A DNA stretch of 64,000 bases from Clostridia bacterium (GCA_045534265.1 JAZSJH010000002.1:24473-88472), one strand, 5' to 3'. Counted from the stretch's first letter, positions 38,544 through 49,218 are shown. The notes: a model not told the origin generated them from the sequence alone. Numbers and translations: made by a program.

Positions 38544-39446
38544 ATGAACGCAATAGAAATAAAAGGATTAAAAAAATCATTTAGGGGTATGTATGCCCTA
38601 AACGGACTTAATATGACAGTTCCTGTTGGGTCTATTTATGGTTTTATTGGCGAAAATGGTAGTGGTAAATCTACAACCGAAAAATTGATTTGCGGACACC
38701 TTGTTAAAGACAGCGGCAAAATTAAACTTTTTGGAAGAGATTATACTGATGCTGGAGTTAGGGCAAGAGTAGGCGCTCTTATCGAAAACGCGGGCTGTTT
38801 TTCGGGCTCTAGTATTTATATGAATCTTAAAATGCAGTGTCTAAACTTAGGTATTAAAAACGCCGAAGAAGAGATTGCAAGAGTTCTTAAAATCGTAAGA
38901 ATGGAAGAACATAAGGAATTAAAATTCAAAAAATGTTCGCTTGGTATGAAACAAAGAGTAGGTATTGCTATGGCGCTACTAGGCAGTCCTGCTTTGCTTA
39001 TTTTGGACGAACCAATCAATGGGCTTGACACTGATGGTATGCGCATTATGAGAGAGATTCTTGTAGATATAACCAAGAACTATAATTGTACCGTTTTGAT
39101 ATCTTCTCATATTTTGGGCGAACTTGAAAAAATTGCCACCCATTACGGAATTATTCGTGGTGGCAAAATGATACAAGAACTTTCCGCTCAAGAAATGGAA
39201 GCAAGAGCAAGGGTTTTTGTTTCATTTAAGCTTAGCGATACAAAAAAAGCAATCACGCTTCTTAGCAAAAAATATTCTAATGTAAGACAAGAACAAGATT
39301 GCGTTAGAGTGTATGATGAAGAAGATGTTGATGGTATTGTAAAATATCTTATGGACAACAATATTGTTCCTAGTGAAATCAAAAAGAATAAAGTTGGTCT
39401 AGAAGAATATTATATCGAACTTATGAGTAGCAAGGAGGCAATTTAA
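38544..39446 (+). CDS. ABC transporter ATP-binding protein (BcrA/lantibiotic-immunity-like), copy 1
   Basis: GENGSGKST, SLGMKQR, LDEPINGLD and SSHIL. Confidence 0.92.
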   Translation: MNAIEIKGLKKSFRGMYALNGLNMTVPVGSIYGFIGENGSGKSTTEKLICGHLVKDSGKIKLFGRDYTDAGVRARVGALIENAGCFSGSSIYMNLKMQCLNLGIKNAEEEIARVLKIVRMEEHKELKFKKCSLGMKQRVGIAMALLGSPALLILDEPINGLDTDGMRIMREILVDITKNYNCTVLISSHILGELEKIATHYGIIRGGKMIQELSAQEMEARARVFVSFKLSDTKKAITLLSKKYSNVRQEQDCVRVYDEEDVDGIVKYLMDNNIVPSEIKKNKVGLEEYYIELMSSKEAI

Positions 39447-39447
39447 T

Positions 39448-40269
39448 ATGGAAAACACAAACAACTTAAAATTCGACGCTCCTAGCTTTTTTACAAGACT
39501 AAAGGGTATGTTGTCTGTTGACTTTTATAGATTATTTCATACTCCACTATTTTATATTTTCTTAGGGATAGCGGCTGTTATTCCTGCAATGATTATTGGA
39601 ACAACAGGAATGGACGATTCTCAAACAGCAGCACTATTTACTAATGTTTGGCAAGCAATAGCTGTCGAAAGCCCATTGTATATTGTTCAAAATATTGGGC
39701 AATACGCCAATATGAATATGGTATTTATCTTTGGCGGAATAATGGTTTCAATATTTATTGGCCACGACTACAAAAGTGGTTATGTAAAACAACTATTTAC
39801 AACCCACGCAAAAAAACAAGACTATATGATGAGCAAAACAATAACTTGCGCATTTGCTATGGCGGGTATGTGTATTACATATCTTCTTGGTACAATTATG
39901 GCGGGATTATTTGTTGGGCTATCTTTTGCAGTAAACTTTGGCTCACTTGTTTGCGCTTTGCTAGGAAAATTGATTATGAGTTTGGGTTGGGCTAGCTTAT
40001 ATGTATTTTTGAACATAATTTTTAGAAAGCATTTTTGGATTTCAATAGTATCATCATTCTTCTTTGGAACTGGTATATTGATTATAGGGGCTGCAGCCGT
40101 GCTTGGAAACTCTGCCGTGCTTAATATTTTCTTGTATGGCTCATCTGTTTATGCTTGTCTATCTAGCAACTTTTTGTCAGTACTTATATGTCTTTTGTGT
40201 TCAGTGACTTGGGCAGTTATATATAATGTACTTGGCACATATATTCTAAACAAAAGTGATGTATATTAA
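39448..40269 (+). CDS. ABC-2-type permease, copy 1
   Basis: About 6 TM. FIGHDYKSGYVKQ motif. Confidence 0.85.
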   Translation: MENTNNLKFDAPSFFTRLKGMLSVDFYRLFHTPLFYIFLGIAAVIPAMIIGTTGMDDSQTAALFTNVWQAIAVESPLYIVQNIGQYANMNMVFIFGGIMVSIFIGHDYKSGYVKQLFTTHAKKQDYMMSKTITCAFAMAGMCITYLLGTIMAGLFVGLSFAVNFGSLVCALLGKLIMSLGWASLYVFLNIIFRKHFWISIVSSFFFGTGILIIGAAAVLGNSAVLNIFLYGSSVYACLSSNFLSVLICLLCSVTWAVIYNVLGTYILNKSDVY

Positions 40270-40280
40270 GGAGGCAAAGA

Positions 40281-41186
40281 ATGAACGCAATAGAAATTAG
40301 AAATTTATGTAAAGACTTTGGCGAAAAAAGGGCTTTGGCTGGACTTAATATGACAGTGCCTATGGGTTCAATTTATGGATTTATCGGCGAAAACGGAAGC
40401 GGAAAATCAACAACTGAAAAAATAATTTGTGGACTTATCCACCCAACAAGTGGCGAAGTAAAATTATATGATAGAGATTACAAAGACCCAGATGTAAGGG
40501 CAGCTATGGGAGTTTTGATAGAAGCTCCAGGTTGCTTTCCTGATTTGTCGGTTTGGAACAACCTTATGATTCAAGCGACAAACCTTTCTATAGAAAACAA
40601 AGCTGATGCAGTAAGAAAGGTCTTGACTTTGGTTAGAATGGAAGGCGCAGCCGGCAACAAATACAAAAACTGTTCTCTTGGTATGAAACAAAGAATAGGT
40701 ATCGCTATGGCGCTACTTGGCAGCCCTAAATTACTTGTTTTGGACGAGCCGATTAATGGACTTGACGCTGATGGTATGCGTATTATGAGAGAAGTTTTGA
40801 CTGATATTGCAAAAACTGGAGCAACAGTTTTGATATCTTCTCACATTTTGGGAGAGCTTGAAAAAATAGCTACTCACTACGGCATTATCCGTGGGGGCAA
40901 AATGATTGTTGAGATGACAGCTGAAGAGCTTGAAAAGACTTGCCCTACATTTGTAGCTTTGCAATGTAAAGATATGCAAAAAGCAAAAGCTGTTTTGAGT
41001 AAAAAATACGCAAAAGTATTAGAAGACGAACAAAAGGAAAATTTGCGTGTTTATGATGCAACTTCTCCAGAAGAAGTTGTTCAATATTTGTATGATAACA
41101 ACATTATTGTTAACGAACTAAAAACTGACAAAATTGGTCTAGAGGAATATTATATCAACCTTATGGCAAATAAGGAGGTAAGATAA
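40281..41186 (+). CDS. ABC transporter ATP-binding protein, copy 2
   Basis: Same motifs as copy 1, with long identical stretches. Confidence 0.92.
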   Translation: MNAIEIRNLCKDFGEKRALAGLNMTVPMGSIYGFIGENGSGKSTTEKIICGLIHPTSGEVKLYDRDYKDPDVRAAMGVLIEAPGCFPDLSVWNNLMIQATNLSIENKADAVRKVLTLVRMEGAAGNKYKNCSLGMKQRIGIAMALLGSPKLLVLDEPINGLDADGMRIMREVLTDIAKTGATVLISSHILGELEKIATHYGIIRGGKMIVEMTAEELEKTCPTFVALQCKDMQKAKAVLSKKYAKVLEDEQKENLRVYDATSPEEVVQYLYDNNIIVNELKTDKIGLEEYYINLMANKEVR

Positions 41187-41187
41187 T

Positions 41188-41991
41188 ATGGTAGTAAATT
41201 TTGAAAAGAACACTTTCAAAAAACGTCTTAAAAGTATGCTTGGTGTAGACTTAAGACGTATGTTTACATCACCGCTTTTCTATATTATGGTGGGGGCATC
41301 ACTTGTTATGCCAATACTAATACTTGTTATGACAACAATGATGGACGGAACGGTTTCTGTCGATCCACAAACAGGCAAAGAAACTGTGATGGAAGGTTTC
41401 AAAAATGTTTGGCAAATAATAGGCGCTGTTTCTGGCGGAGAGCAAACAATGAGTATGGATATTACTAGTATGTGTAATATCAATATGATGTTCTTTTTAA
41501 TATCTATATTTGTTTGTTTATTTGTTGGTGATGACTTTAGAAGCGGTTATGCAAAAAACTTGTTTACTGTAAGAAGCAAAAAAGACGACTATGTAATATC
41601 AAAAACTATCACTTGTTTTATAGCTGGCGGCAGTATGATTATTGCTTTCTTTATTGGGGCAATGATAGGCGGGGCAATTGCAAATCTTCCATTTACATTA
41701 GAGGGAGCAAACGCATTTAACGTTGTTATGTGTATGTTGTCAAAAGTATTGCTTGTAGGGATTTTCTCTTCAATTTATCTTTTGGCAAGCGTGTTTGCAA
41801 AACAAAGACTATGGCTATCACTTATTATGGCTTTTGGTATAGGTATGCTTATGTTTATGATGATACCTATTATCACACCACTTAACAGCACATTTATTAA
41901 TGTTTTGCTATGTCTTGTAGGCTCTGCTTTATTTAGTTTTGGCATTGGCTTTGGTAGCAAAGCAATACTCGACAAATCAAGTTTAGTATAA
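41188..41991 (+). CDS. ABC-2-type permease, copy 2
   Basis: About 6 TM. FVGDDFRSGYAKN. Confidence 0.85.
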   Translation: MVVNFEKNTFKKRLKSMLGVDLRRMFTSPLFYIMVGASLVMPILILVMTTMMDGTVSVDPQTGKETVMEGFKNVWQIIGAVSGGEQTMSMDITSMCNINMMFFLISIFVCLFVGDDFRSGYAKNLFTVRSKKDDYVISKTITCFIAGGSMIIAFFIGAMIGGAIANLPFTLEGANAFNVVMCMLSKVLLVGIFSSIYLLASVFAKQRLWLSLIMAFGIGMLMFMMIPIITPLNSTFINVLLCLVGSALFSFGIGFGSKAILDKSSLV

Positions 41992-42072
41992 AAAATTAGT
42001 TTATTTTGGAATGCTTGTGTTATAATATAAAGGGATTTTATTTTACTAATTTGCTTTAGATGGAGAAACTTT

Positions 42073-43638
42073 ATGAAAAGAAAGATAAAACTAGACCTTG
42101 GTAATGGTAAAATCAAAGAACAAGTAGTCAACTATATACCAGTAAGATATATATTCGCTTTTTTGATTACTATATTAGAAGTATTGGCAATTATTGGAGT
42201 AGTTGTTGCTCTATGTATTTATGTTCCATATTTTTATATTGCAGTTGGCGTGACAACGGCTCTTGTGGAGCTACATATTATAGCTTCTGCCGATAATCCC
42301 GATTACAAAATTCCTTGGATGCTGGTTGTTTTGCTTTTGCCGGTTGTAGGACTTATGTTGTATTTTATCTTTGGTTCACGAAAACTTAAGAAAAAATATA
42401 TCAAAAGACTAAACGATATAAAAAATTTATCTTACAAAAGAAATGATACAGCTCTTGTCGAAAAATTAGAGCAAGAAAACCCTATCGCTGCAACACAAGC
42501 GAAAACACTTATTAATCTTGCAGATACACATTTGTTTACCAATACAAAACAAACATATTATCCTAGCGGAGAAGAATATCACAAGGCTTTGCTAGAAGAT
42601 TTGAAATCTGCAAAACACTTTATATATCTAGAATATTTTATTATCGAAGAAGGAAAATTTTGGAATTCGATTTTGGATATCCTAAAAGAAAAAGCAAAAC
42701 AGGGGCTTGATGTAAAACTTGTTTTTGATGATATAGGTTGTATGTCAACACTTCCTGGCAATTATTCAAAACAACTTGCAAAATACGGAATTAAAGCAAC
42801 GCCTTTTTCAAGACTTAAAGGTCAAGCTGACAACGAATTTAACAACCGAAATCACAGAAAAATTGCGGTTATAGACGGGCTTGTTGGTTATACCGGTGGT
42901 ATAAATATCGCTGATGAATATATAAACGAAATCGAAAGATTTGGACACTGGAAAGATGTAGGTATTAGACTAGAAGGCGAAGCTGTTTGGGAGCTTACAC
43001 AACTATTTCTTATCGATTATGGTATTAATGTAAAAGAAGCCTTGACTGTTCCGGACGGGCTTTATCAAATATCTGACATCAAAGAAAAAGGATATGTAAT
43101 TCCTTTTGGAGATGGACCAAAACCATCATATGATAGACAAGTGGGCAAGACAATTATCCAAAATATGCTCGCCACTGCAACAAAATATGTGTATATTACA
43201 ACGCCATATCTTATTATAGATAACGAGCTATGTGTATCTATAGAAAACGCTGCCCTAAGGGGCGTTGATGTTAGAATAATCGTTCCACATATTCCGGACA
43301 AAAAAATAATATTCAATATGACAAAAAGTTTTTACAAACGATTTATTGATTGCGGCGTAAAGATTTATGAATATGAGCCAGGTTTTATTCATGCAAAAAC
43401 ATATCTTGCAGATGACAAATTTGCTATAGTTGGAACAATCAATCTTGACTATAGAAGTTTGGTTCATCACTTTGAAAATGGTGTGTGGCTGTATGATTGC
43501 GAAAGTATCAAAGACATAAGAAAAGATATTGATGGTACTTTGAGTAAATCTATCGAAATAAAACCAGAACAACTCAAAACAAATATTTTGAACAGATTGT
43601 TTAGGGCACTTGTAAGGATTTTTGCGCCAATGCTATAA
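42073..43638 (+). CDS. cls: Cardiolipin synthase
   Basis: N-terminal TMs and two HKD motifs (RNHRKIAVID, IHAKTYLAD), plus NLDYRS. Confidence 0.93.
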   Translation: MKRKIKLDLGNGKIKEQVVNYIPVRYIFAFLITILEVLAIIGVVVALCIYVPYFYIAVGVTTALVELHIIASADNPDYKIPWMLVVLLLPVVGLMLYFIFGSRKLKKKYIKRLNDIKNLSYKRNDTALVEKLEQENPIAATQAKTLINLADTHLFTNTKQTYYPSGEEYHKALLEDLKSAKHFIYLEYFIIEEGKFWNSILDILKEKAKQGLDVKLVFDDIGCMSTLPGNYSKQLAKYGIKATPFSRLKGQADNEFNNRNHRKIAVIDGLVGYTGGINIADEYINEIERFGHWKDVGIRLEGEAVWELTQLFLIDYGINVKEALTVPDGLYQISDIKEKGYVIPFGDGPKPSYDRQVGKTIIQNMLATATKYVYITTPYLIIDNELCVSIENAALRGVDVRIIVPHIPDKKIIFNMTKSFYKRFIDCGVKIYEYEPGFIHAKTYLADDKFAIVGTINLDYRSLVHHFENGVWLYDCESIKDIRKDIDGTLSKSIEIKPEQLKTNILNRLFRALVRIFAPML

Positions 43639-43648
43639 TGGGGATACT

Positions 43649-44557
43649 ATGGAAGAAAAAAAGGAAATCAATTTTAAGAAAATAGGCTTAAGCTTATTAT
43701 ACCCACACCTTGCAGTTATTATTTGTTTAGCTCCAATAGCAATAGCTTTTTTGGTTTTGTCGCTTGTATTTTTAAGCCCAGAATCTATTATCGCTATAAT
43801 ATCATATTTATTATCATTTTATGTTTTGCTTGTTGTTTGTTTGAGAATCCCAAGAATGATTGAGTTTTTCAAAACTGTCAAAAAAGAAAACAAGTATGTA
43901 AAAAAATGGTTTGATGATGTTCACCTGCGTATTAATGTTTCACTGTATCTTTCTCTTATCTGGAACATAGCGTTTGCGATTTTTCAACTTTGCCTTGGCT
44001 TTTATCACAAATCATTTTGGTTTTATGCAATGTTTGCTTACTATGCAATTCTTGGCGTTATGAGATTTTTCTTGGTAAAACACACGAGAAAATATAAAGC
44101 CCGTGAAAGGGAAGAGATAGAACTAAAAAAATACATAACTAGCGGCTGGTTACTACTTGCTATGAATTTGGCACTTGCAGTTATTGTCTTTTTTATGGTG
44201 TACTTAAACAAAACTTTCTATCACCATATGATTACTACAATATCAATGGCGGCATATACATTCTTTACTTTTACCTTTGCTATAATAAGTTTTGTAAAAT
44301 ATAAAAAATACAAAAGCCCGGTTTATTCTGCCGCAAAAACAATTACACTTATCGCAGGTTGTGTGTCTATGCTAACGCTAGAAACCACAATGCTTACAAC
44401 ATTTGGTACAAATGAAAGCCCATTATTTAGTCAAATAATGCTTAGCCTAACGGGTGTCGTAGTTATTGGCTTTGCGATAACAATGGCTATTATTATGATT
44501 ATAAAAGGCAGCAAACAATTGAAAAACAAAAAAATAAAAAACTCTACAACTGCGTAG
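43649..44557 (+). CDS. Hypothetical multi-pass membrane protein
   Basis: About 8 hydrophobic segments. Follows cls in the same orientation. Confidence 0.7.
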   Translation: MEEKKEINFKKIGLSLLYPHLAVIICLAPIAIAFLVLSLVFLSPESIIAIISYLLSFYVLLVVCLRIPRMIEFFKTVKKENKYVKKWFDDVHLRINVSLYLSLIWNIAFAIFQLCLGFYHKSFWFYAMFAYYAILGVMRFFLVKHTRKYKAREREEIELKKYITSGWLLLAMNLALAVIVFFMVYLNKTFYHHMITTISMAAYTFFTFTFAIISFVKYKKYKSPVYSAAKTITLIAGCVSMLTLETTMLTTFGTNESPLFSQIMLSLTGVVVIGFAITMAIIMIIKGSKQLKNKKIKNSTTA

Positions 44558-44697
44558 GGTTTTTTGTTTATTAAATCTTGGAAATTGTGAGCTATTTTAT
44601 TAAATTTTTATAAAATAACACAGAAAATAGTCAAATATATTTAGGGTATTCCAATTTTTTATTATTTGTGGTATAATAAAATCATAGGAGAAAAACT

Positions 44698-45465
44698 ATG
44701 ACAAAAGATAAATATTTATGGATTGTAAACAAACAAAACCATTTTGATAAAAAAGACCTAGAAAAGTTTGATTTGTTGCCAACAAGAGACACCGATGGCA
44801 AGACATATGTTGAGAGCGAAACAAAGAACGCTTTTGATAATTTGAGAAAACTAATGGAAACAAAACACGGCATTGCTTTGTTTTTGACATCTGCTGGAAG
44901 AACAGTAGAAACTCAAGAAAGAGTAATGAAAGAGCTTAGCAAAGAAATGAGCGAAGAAGAACTTCTAAACACTGTTGCCCTTCCAGGAACAAGCGAACAC
45001 CACACAGGACTTGCTCTAGATGTAAAACCAGAGATTGCCCACTCTAAGCTAGTTCAAAGATTTGTTAACACTCTACCTATTCCAGAGAGAATAGCATATC
45101 TTAAACAACCAGATAGAGAAACAAAAAAACAAATGTATGCAACTTTGCATCAAGAATTAGAGCAATTTGGTTTTATCGTAAGATATACCGCTGACAAAAG
45201 AGAAATTACTGGTGTAAGACCAGAGCCTTGGCATATAAGATATGTTGGTGTAGAAAACGCAAAAGCAATCAACGCAAGCGGATTGTGTCTTGAAGAATAT
45301 GTTGCACAACTTCCTACAGAAGGCGAAGAACAAGAAGAGCTTGATGAAGCTAAGGCAAAAGCTGAGTTTGATAATAATGTACAACAAGTAATAGTTGTTC
45401 ACCCTGTTGTCAGCAAAGTTTTTGAAGAAGCAAAACAATCAAAAGAAGACAGAGTTCAAGAATAA
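44698..45465 (+). CDS. M15B (VanY/LdcB-like) carboxypeptidase
   Basis: SAGRT, PGTSEHHTGLALD and EPWHIRYVG. Confidence 0.88.
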   Translation: MTKDKYLWIVNKQNHFDKKDLEKFDLLPTRDTDGKTYVESETKNAFDNLRKLMETKHGIALFLTSAGRTVETQERVMKELSKEMSEEELLNTVALPGTSEHHTGLALDVKPEIAHSKLVQRFVNTLPIPERIAYLKQPDRETKKQMYATLHQELEQFGFIVRYTADKREITGVRPEPWHIRYVGVENAKAINASGLCLEEYVAQLPTEGEEQEELDEAKAKAEFDNNVQQVIVVHPVVSKVFEEAKQSKEDRVQE

Positions 45466-45475
45466 AACATATAAT

Positions 45476-45508
45476 AAAAAAAGACTTCCTAAACGGAAGT
45501 CCTTTTTT
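45476..45508. terminator. Bidirectional intrinsic terminator
   Basis: A7-GACTTCC-taaac-GGAAGTC-CT6 between convergent genes. Confidence 0.75.
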
Positions 45509-45517
45509 ATGTGCATC

Positions 45518-45877
45518 TTATAATGATTGTCCTTGTTCTTGTTTTGGTGTTTCTTTGGTAGTGGTTTGTGAGATGTTTTTAGCAAATTCTTCAGGGTATT
45601 TGTCTATAAGGCTTGTTTTTGTTCCGTGTTCCCAAAGGTCGGCTGTGTTTACATAGCCATTGCAGAAACTTTCTACTTCTTCGTATTCACTGCCAACAGC
45701 TTCAAGAGTTGTCTTTGCTGAATAAACGCTCTTGTGCCACTCTTCGTTGTCGTTATCAAACCAAAACACATTTCCAGACAACATATTAACAACGTCCAAA
45801 GTCCCCGCCGTGTCTGCAGGCAATCCATACATTGCAGGGTGATAACTAACTAAATATTTTATTCCTTCAGGTTTCAT
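45518..45877 (-). CDS. Hypothetical protein
   Basis: Start at MKPEG, preceded by AAGGAG. No recognisable motif. Confidence 0.55.
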   Translation of the reverse strand: MKPEGIKYLVSYHPAMYGLPADTAGTLDVVNMLSGNVFWFDNDNEEWHKSVYSAKTTLEAVGSEYEEVESFCNGYVNTADLWEHGTKTSLIDKYPEEFAKNISQTTTKETPKQEQGQSL

Positions 45878-45979
45878 AACAAACTCCTTATACCATATAT
45901 TATAACACAAAAAACAAATTTCCGCAAAAAAATAAAAATTTAACAAAAAACTCAAACATAATTTGTTTGAGTTTTTGTA

Positions 45980-46711
45980 TTATTGTATCGGTTGTTGAAA
46001 AGCATTGTTATCGTTATTAATAGTATAGGCTTCGCAACCTTTAGATTCGATAATTTTTTTGCTTCTATCCACCACGTTATTTATCTTGCAATATCTATCC
46101 TTAAATGCTTTTTCGTCCTGTAATAAAGCACGCATATCAGTCAAAAATTTTGCATAAATATCATCTTCAAAAAACATGTTTTCAGAATCTTCTTCGCTAT
46201 ATCTATTTCTAAGGCGATTAAGAGTAAAGTCTAAAAACTCGTCCATGGTAAGGTCTGGTGTTCTATCTTGCCCCACAAAAAAGCTTCTAATAAAAACTAT
46301 GTCAATAGTGCTATTTCTGTCTGCAGAAGAAATTAGTTTCCCATAATCACTTCGCGGAGTATCTTCAAAAGAAGACCTGTGGTCTTCAATTGCTTCTTTT
46401 ATTGTTTGCCTTTGCTCGTCAGAAAAAAACTTTTGGAAATCAGGATTTTCAAAAAATCTTTGTGCTGCAATTTTTTCATGAGTTTTATGGTCTATGTATT
46501 TCCCATTGTCGTGGCACGCTGCGATAGCAAAAATCATGTCGTCATCTAAATCTTCCAATTTTAGAGATTCCTTTAACTCAAAAGAACGTCTAATAACTTC
46601 TAGTATGTGTAGGATTCCATGACCTTTATCGTTTTTATCATATTCAGGAAAAATATTTTCTTGAATATATTTTATTAAATCTTCACTAACATTTTTGTAT
46701 GTGTTTTTCAT
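45980..46711 (-). CDS. HD-domain phosphohydrolase
   Basis: DKGHGILH, AACHDNG, HEK, EDHRSS and SADR. Confidence 0.85.
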   Translation of the reverse strand: MKNTYKNVSEDLIKYIQENIFPEYDKNDKGHGILHILEVIRRSFELKESLKLEDLDDDMIFAIAACHDNGKYIDHKTHEKIAAQRFFENPDFQKFFSDEQRQTIKEAIEDHRSSFEDTPRSDYGKLISSADRNSTIDIVFIRSFFVGQDRTPDLTMDEFLDFTLNRLRNRYSEEDSENMFFEDDIYAKFLTDMRALLQDEKAFKDRYCKINNVVDRSKKIIESKGCEAYTINNDNNAFQQPIQ

Positions 46712-46847
46712 AATTATTTACCTACAATACATTTTATCATAAATAGTCTCAAATGGCTAGTGTTTTATTTTTTTATTATCACAACGGCAGTAGTTTTTTC
46801 ATAAAATATATAGAGTCTATTAAATACAAAAAATTAAAGGAGAAATA

Positions 46848-48170
46848 ATGAACCCATTTTTAGAAAAACCTATAAATCTAGTATCTAGCTTTAGAAACTG
46901 GAAAAAGCTTTATCCTAGACCTTATAATAAAAATACAATTGACCCATACACCAAGGCAAGAATTATTTTAATGAACGGTACAGAATTTGAGGCGAATTGG
47001 TTTTCGCACAATTTTGCAAGACACACAACAAATAACGACTTAAGAAGAGAACTTGCTCTTACTAGAGCAATAGAAAAACAGCAGCAAATTAATTTGTCTT
47101 TGCTAAAACCTGCAGACGAAAGTATTCTAGAACATACTATAGGCTACGAACAATTGGCTGTAGATTTGACCGCAGAACTTGCTAGACGCGAATGCGATTG
47201 TTATGTAAAAAAAGCGCTGGATTTTGCTTTGCTAGAAGACTTTGACCATTTGTATAGATTTTCTAATTTGTTAGAAACGGAACAAGGTATAAAAGCCGAA
47301 AAATTAGTTGGAAGATATACTGAGATAATGCCCGCAAGACCTACAATATCTCATCATAGATGTAATGTAGATAATGTAAAAAGAGCTATTGATTCAAAAA
47401 ACGCAGATAAGCAATCGGTCCTTAATACAATGATTATTACCGCAGCAGAACAACAAACAATGAACTACTATATGAATGTAACAAATTTAGTAAAAACCGA
47501 CCTTTCTCGCAAACTATACATGGAAATCGCCCAAGTAGAAGAAGAGCACGTAACCCAATATGAATCATTAATGGACGCAGGTGCTACTTGGCTTGAAATG
47601 CTTTTGTGGCACGAATATACGGAGTGTTATTTGTATTGGTCTTGCTATGAAACAGAAACAAATGCATATATAAAAGATATTTGGGAAGAAAATCTAAAAA
47701 TAGAAATAGCTCACTTGCATAAAGCGGCAGAGCTTTTAGAAAAATACGAAAATAAAACTTGGCAACAAGTAATAGGTGATGGCGAATTCCCAAAACCAAT
47801 TTCTTTGCATGAAAATATAGAATACGTAAGAAATATTTTAGACAATACCGTTCAGTTTACTGGAAATTTTGAAGAGTATATCAATGTAGATAAATTGCCA
47901 TCAGATGCAAACTTTTTCAAATATCAAAACATAGTAAACCCAAGTGTAGATATTGTGCCTTCTCATATTGTTATAGAAAATCATATTGCAAATTTTGGTC
48001 AAGACTATAGATTTGAAATTGCCCCAAACCCAATAGAAGAGTTACGCAGCAGAAGACGTGATAATACCAAAGTGGGTAGAGTTCCTGGGGCTGCAAACAG
48101 CACTGACTTTTTCTGCAACCCATTAAGTCTAAATATTTGTGATGATAAAGGCTTAGGAGATTTAGACTGA
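46848..48170 (+). CDS. Conserved hypothetical protein, probably tandem ferritin-like (di-metal) domains
   Basis: Helical protein with paired carboxylate/His motifs: YEQLAVD, LEDFDHLY, AEQQT, EEEHVTQY and EIAHL. Confidence 0.6.
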   Translation: MNPFLEKPINLVSSFRNWKKLYPRPYNKNTIDPYTKARIILMNGTEFEANWFSHNFARHTTNNDLRRELALTRAIEKQQQINLSLLKPADESILEHTIGYEQLAVDLTAELARRECDCYVKKALDFALLEDFDHLYRFSNLLETEQGIKAEKLVGRYTEIMPARPTISHHRCNVDNVKRAIDSKNADKQSVLNTMIITAAEQQTMNYYMNVTNLVKTDLSRKLYMEIAQVEEEHVTQYESLMDAGATWLEMLLWHEYTECYLYWSCYETETNAYIKDIWEENLKIEIAHLHKAAELLEKYENKTWQQVIGDGEFPKPISLHENIEYVRNILDNTVQFTGNFEEYINVDKLPSDANFFKYQNIVNPSVDIVPSHIVIENHIANFGQDYRFEIAPNPIEELRSRRRDNTKVGRVPGAANSTDFFCNPLSLNICDDKGLGDLD

Positions 48171-48354
48171 TTTTATAGATAAATTATTAAAAAAACTAGA
48201 TCGATATCGGTCTAGTTTTTACTATTGTTTTTTTACTTTAATTAATCCTTATTTGTAAATTTCAAAAAAATGAGAGTAACACAGCAGAAATATATTAATA
48301 ACTCTTTAACGCCAGCATAATCAATTATAAATTGCTTTTCGTACAAAAAATAAT

Positions 48355-49218
48355 TTAACTTAGGAACTTGTTTGCAAAAGTACAAGTCTTACAAAATTCT
48401 TCTGTAATGTTTCTGTCTGAAAATCCATTGTAAATATTTTGAGCTCTTGGGGTGTTGAGAATGTCTGCTATTTTACTTTTGAAAATATTGCCAAGAGCAA
48501 GCTTTCCTTCGCTGTCTAGACAGCAAGCAACAACAGTCCCGTCACACAAAATCCCAAAATGAGAATGCAATCCGTAGCAAAACTTTTTACAATTCTTTTC
48601 TTTATTTTCTGTGTCAATAGGCCATTCAAATATGTCTGCAAAACTTATATAAATTTTATCCGTAATACTTATGTGTTGTTGCAAATTTCCGGTGGTTAGA
48701 CTTGTATTAAAGATAGTATTTATTTTTTCAATTATATTTTTGTTTAGTGTATTTTTTGCATTTTTGTCATTGCTTTCATTCCATAGCCTAAATTCAATAC
48801 AGGTTTTGCTGTTGCCCGAAATTTCTTTGCAAGAGAAAAGCACATCTTCTAAATAGTTGTCCAAAGAACTAAAATTATCATTTGCTTCAAAACTATGTAA
48901 GCTAACTGAAATTCTCTTTACATAGCCCGATTTTAATAAATCCAAATTTTGCTTAATCAGCGTTCCGTTGGTTGTCAAATACACATTAAGATTTTTTTTG
49001 TTGCAAATTTCAAATACCTCTTTTATATTTGGGTGTAACAACGGCTCTCCCATAAGATGCAAACAAACAGTATCGGTCAAAGGTGATATTTCATCTGTAA
49101 TTATATCAAACTCACCTATGGTCATAAATCTTTTTGGTCGGCTATTTTTTGGGCAAAACGAGCAATTAAGATTGCATATGTTGGTTGTTTCTACATAAAC
49201 TTGCTTAAACTTTCTCAT
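48355..49218 (-). CDS. Radical SAM/SPASM-domain protein
   Basis: CNLNCSFC, GEPLLHP, TTNG, and C-terminal CYG...DGTVVACC...CKTC. Confidence 0.9.
   Translation of the reverse strand: MRKFKQVYVETTNICNLNCSFCPKNSRPKRFMTIGEFDIITDEISPLTDTVCLHLMGEPLLHPNIKEVFEICNKKNLNVYLTTNGTLIKQNLDLLKSGYVKRISVSLHSFEANDNFSSLDNYLEDVLFSCKEISGNSKTCIEFRLWNESNDKNAKNTLNKNIIEKINTIFNTSLTTGNLQQHISITDKIYISFADIFEWPIDTENKEKNCKKFCYGLHSHFGILCDGTVVACCLDSEGKLALGNIFKSKIADILNTPRAQNIYNGFSDRNITEEFCKTCTFANKFLS

Noticed and set aside
44698-45465. Vancomycin-resistance cluster
   Set aside because: A lone VanY-like gene with no vanA/B ligase, vanH, vanX or vanRS nearby.
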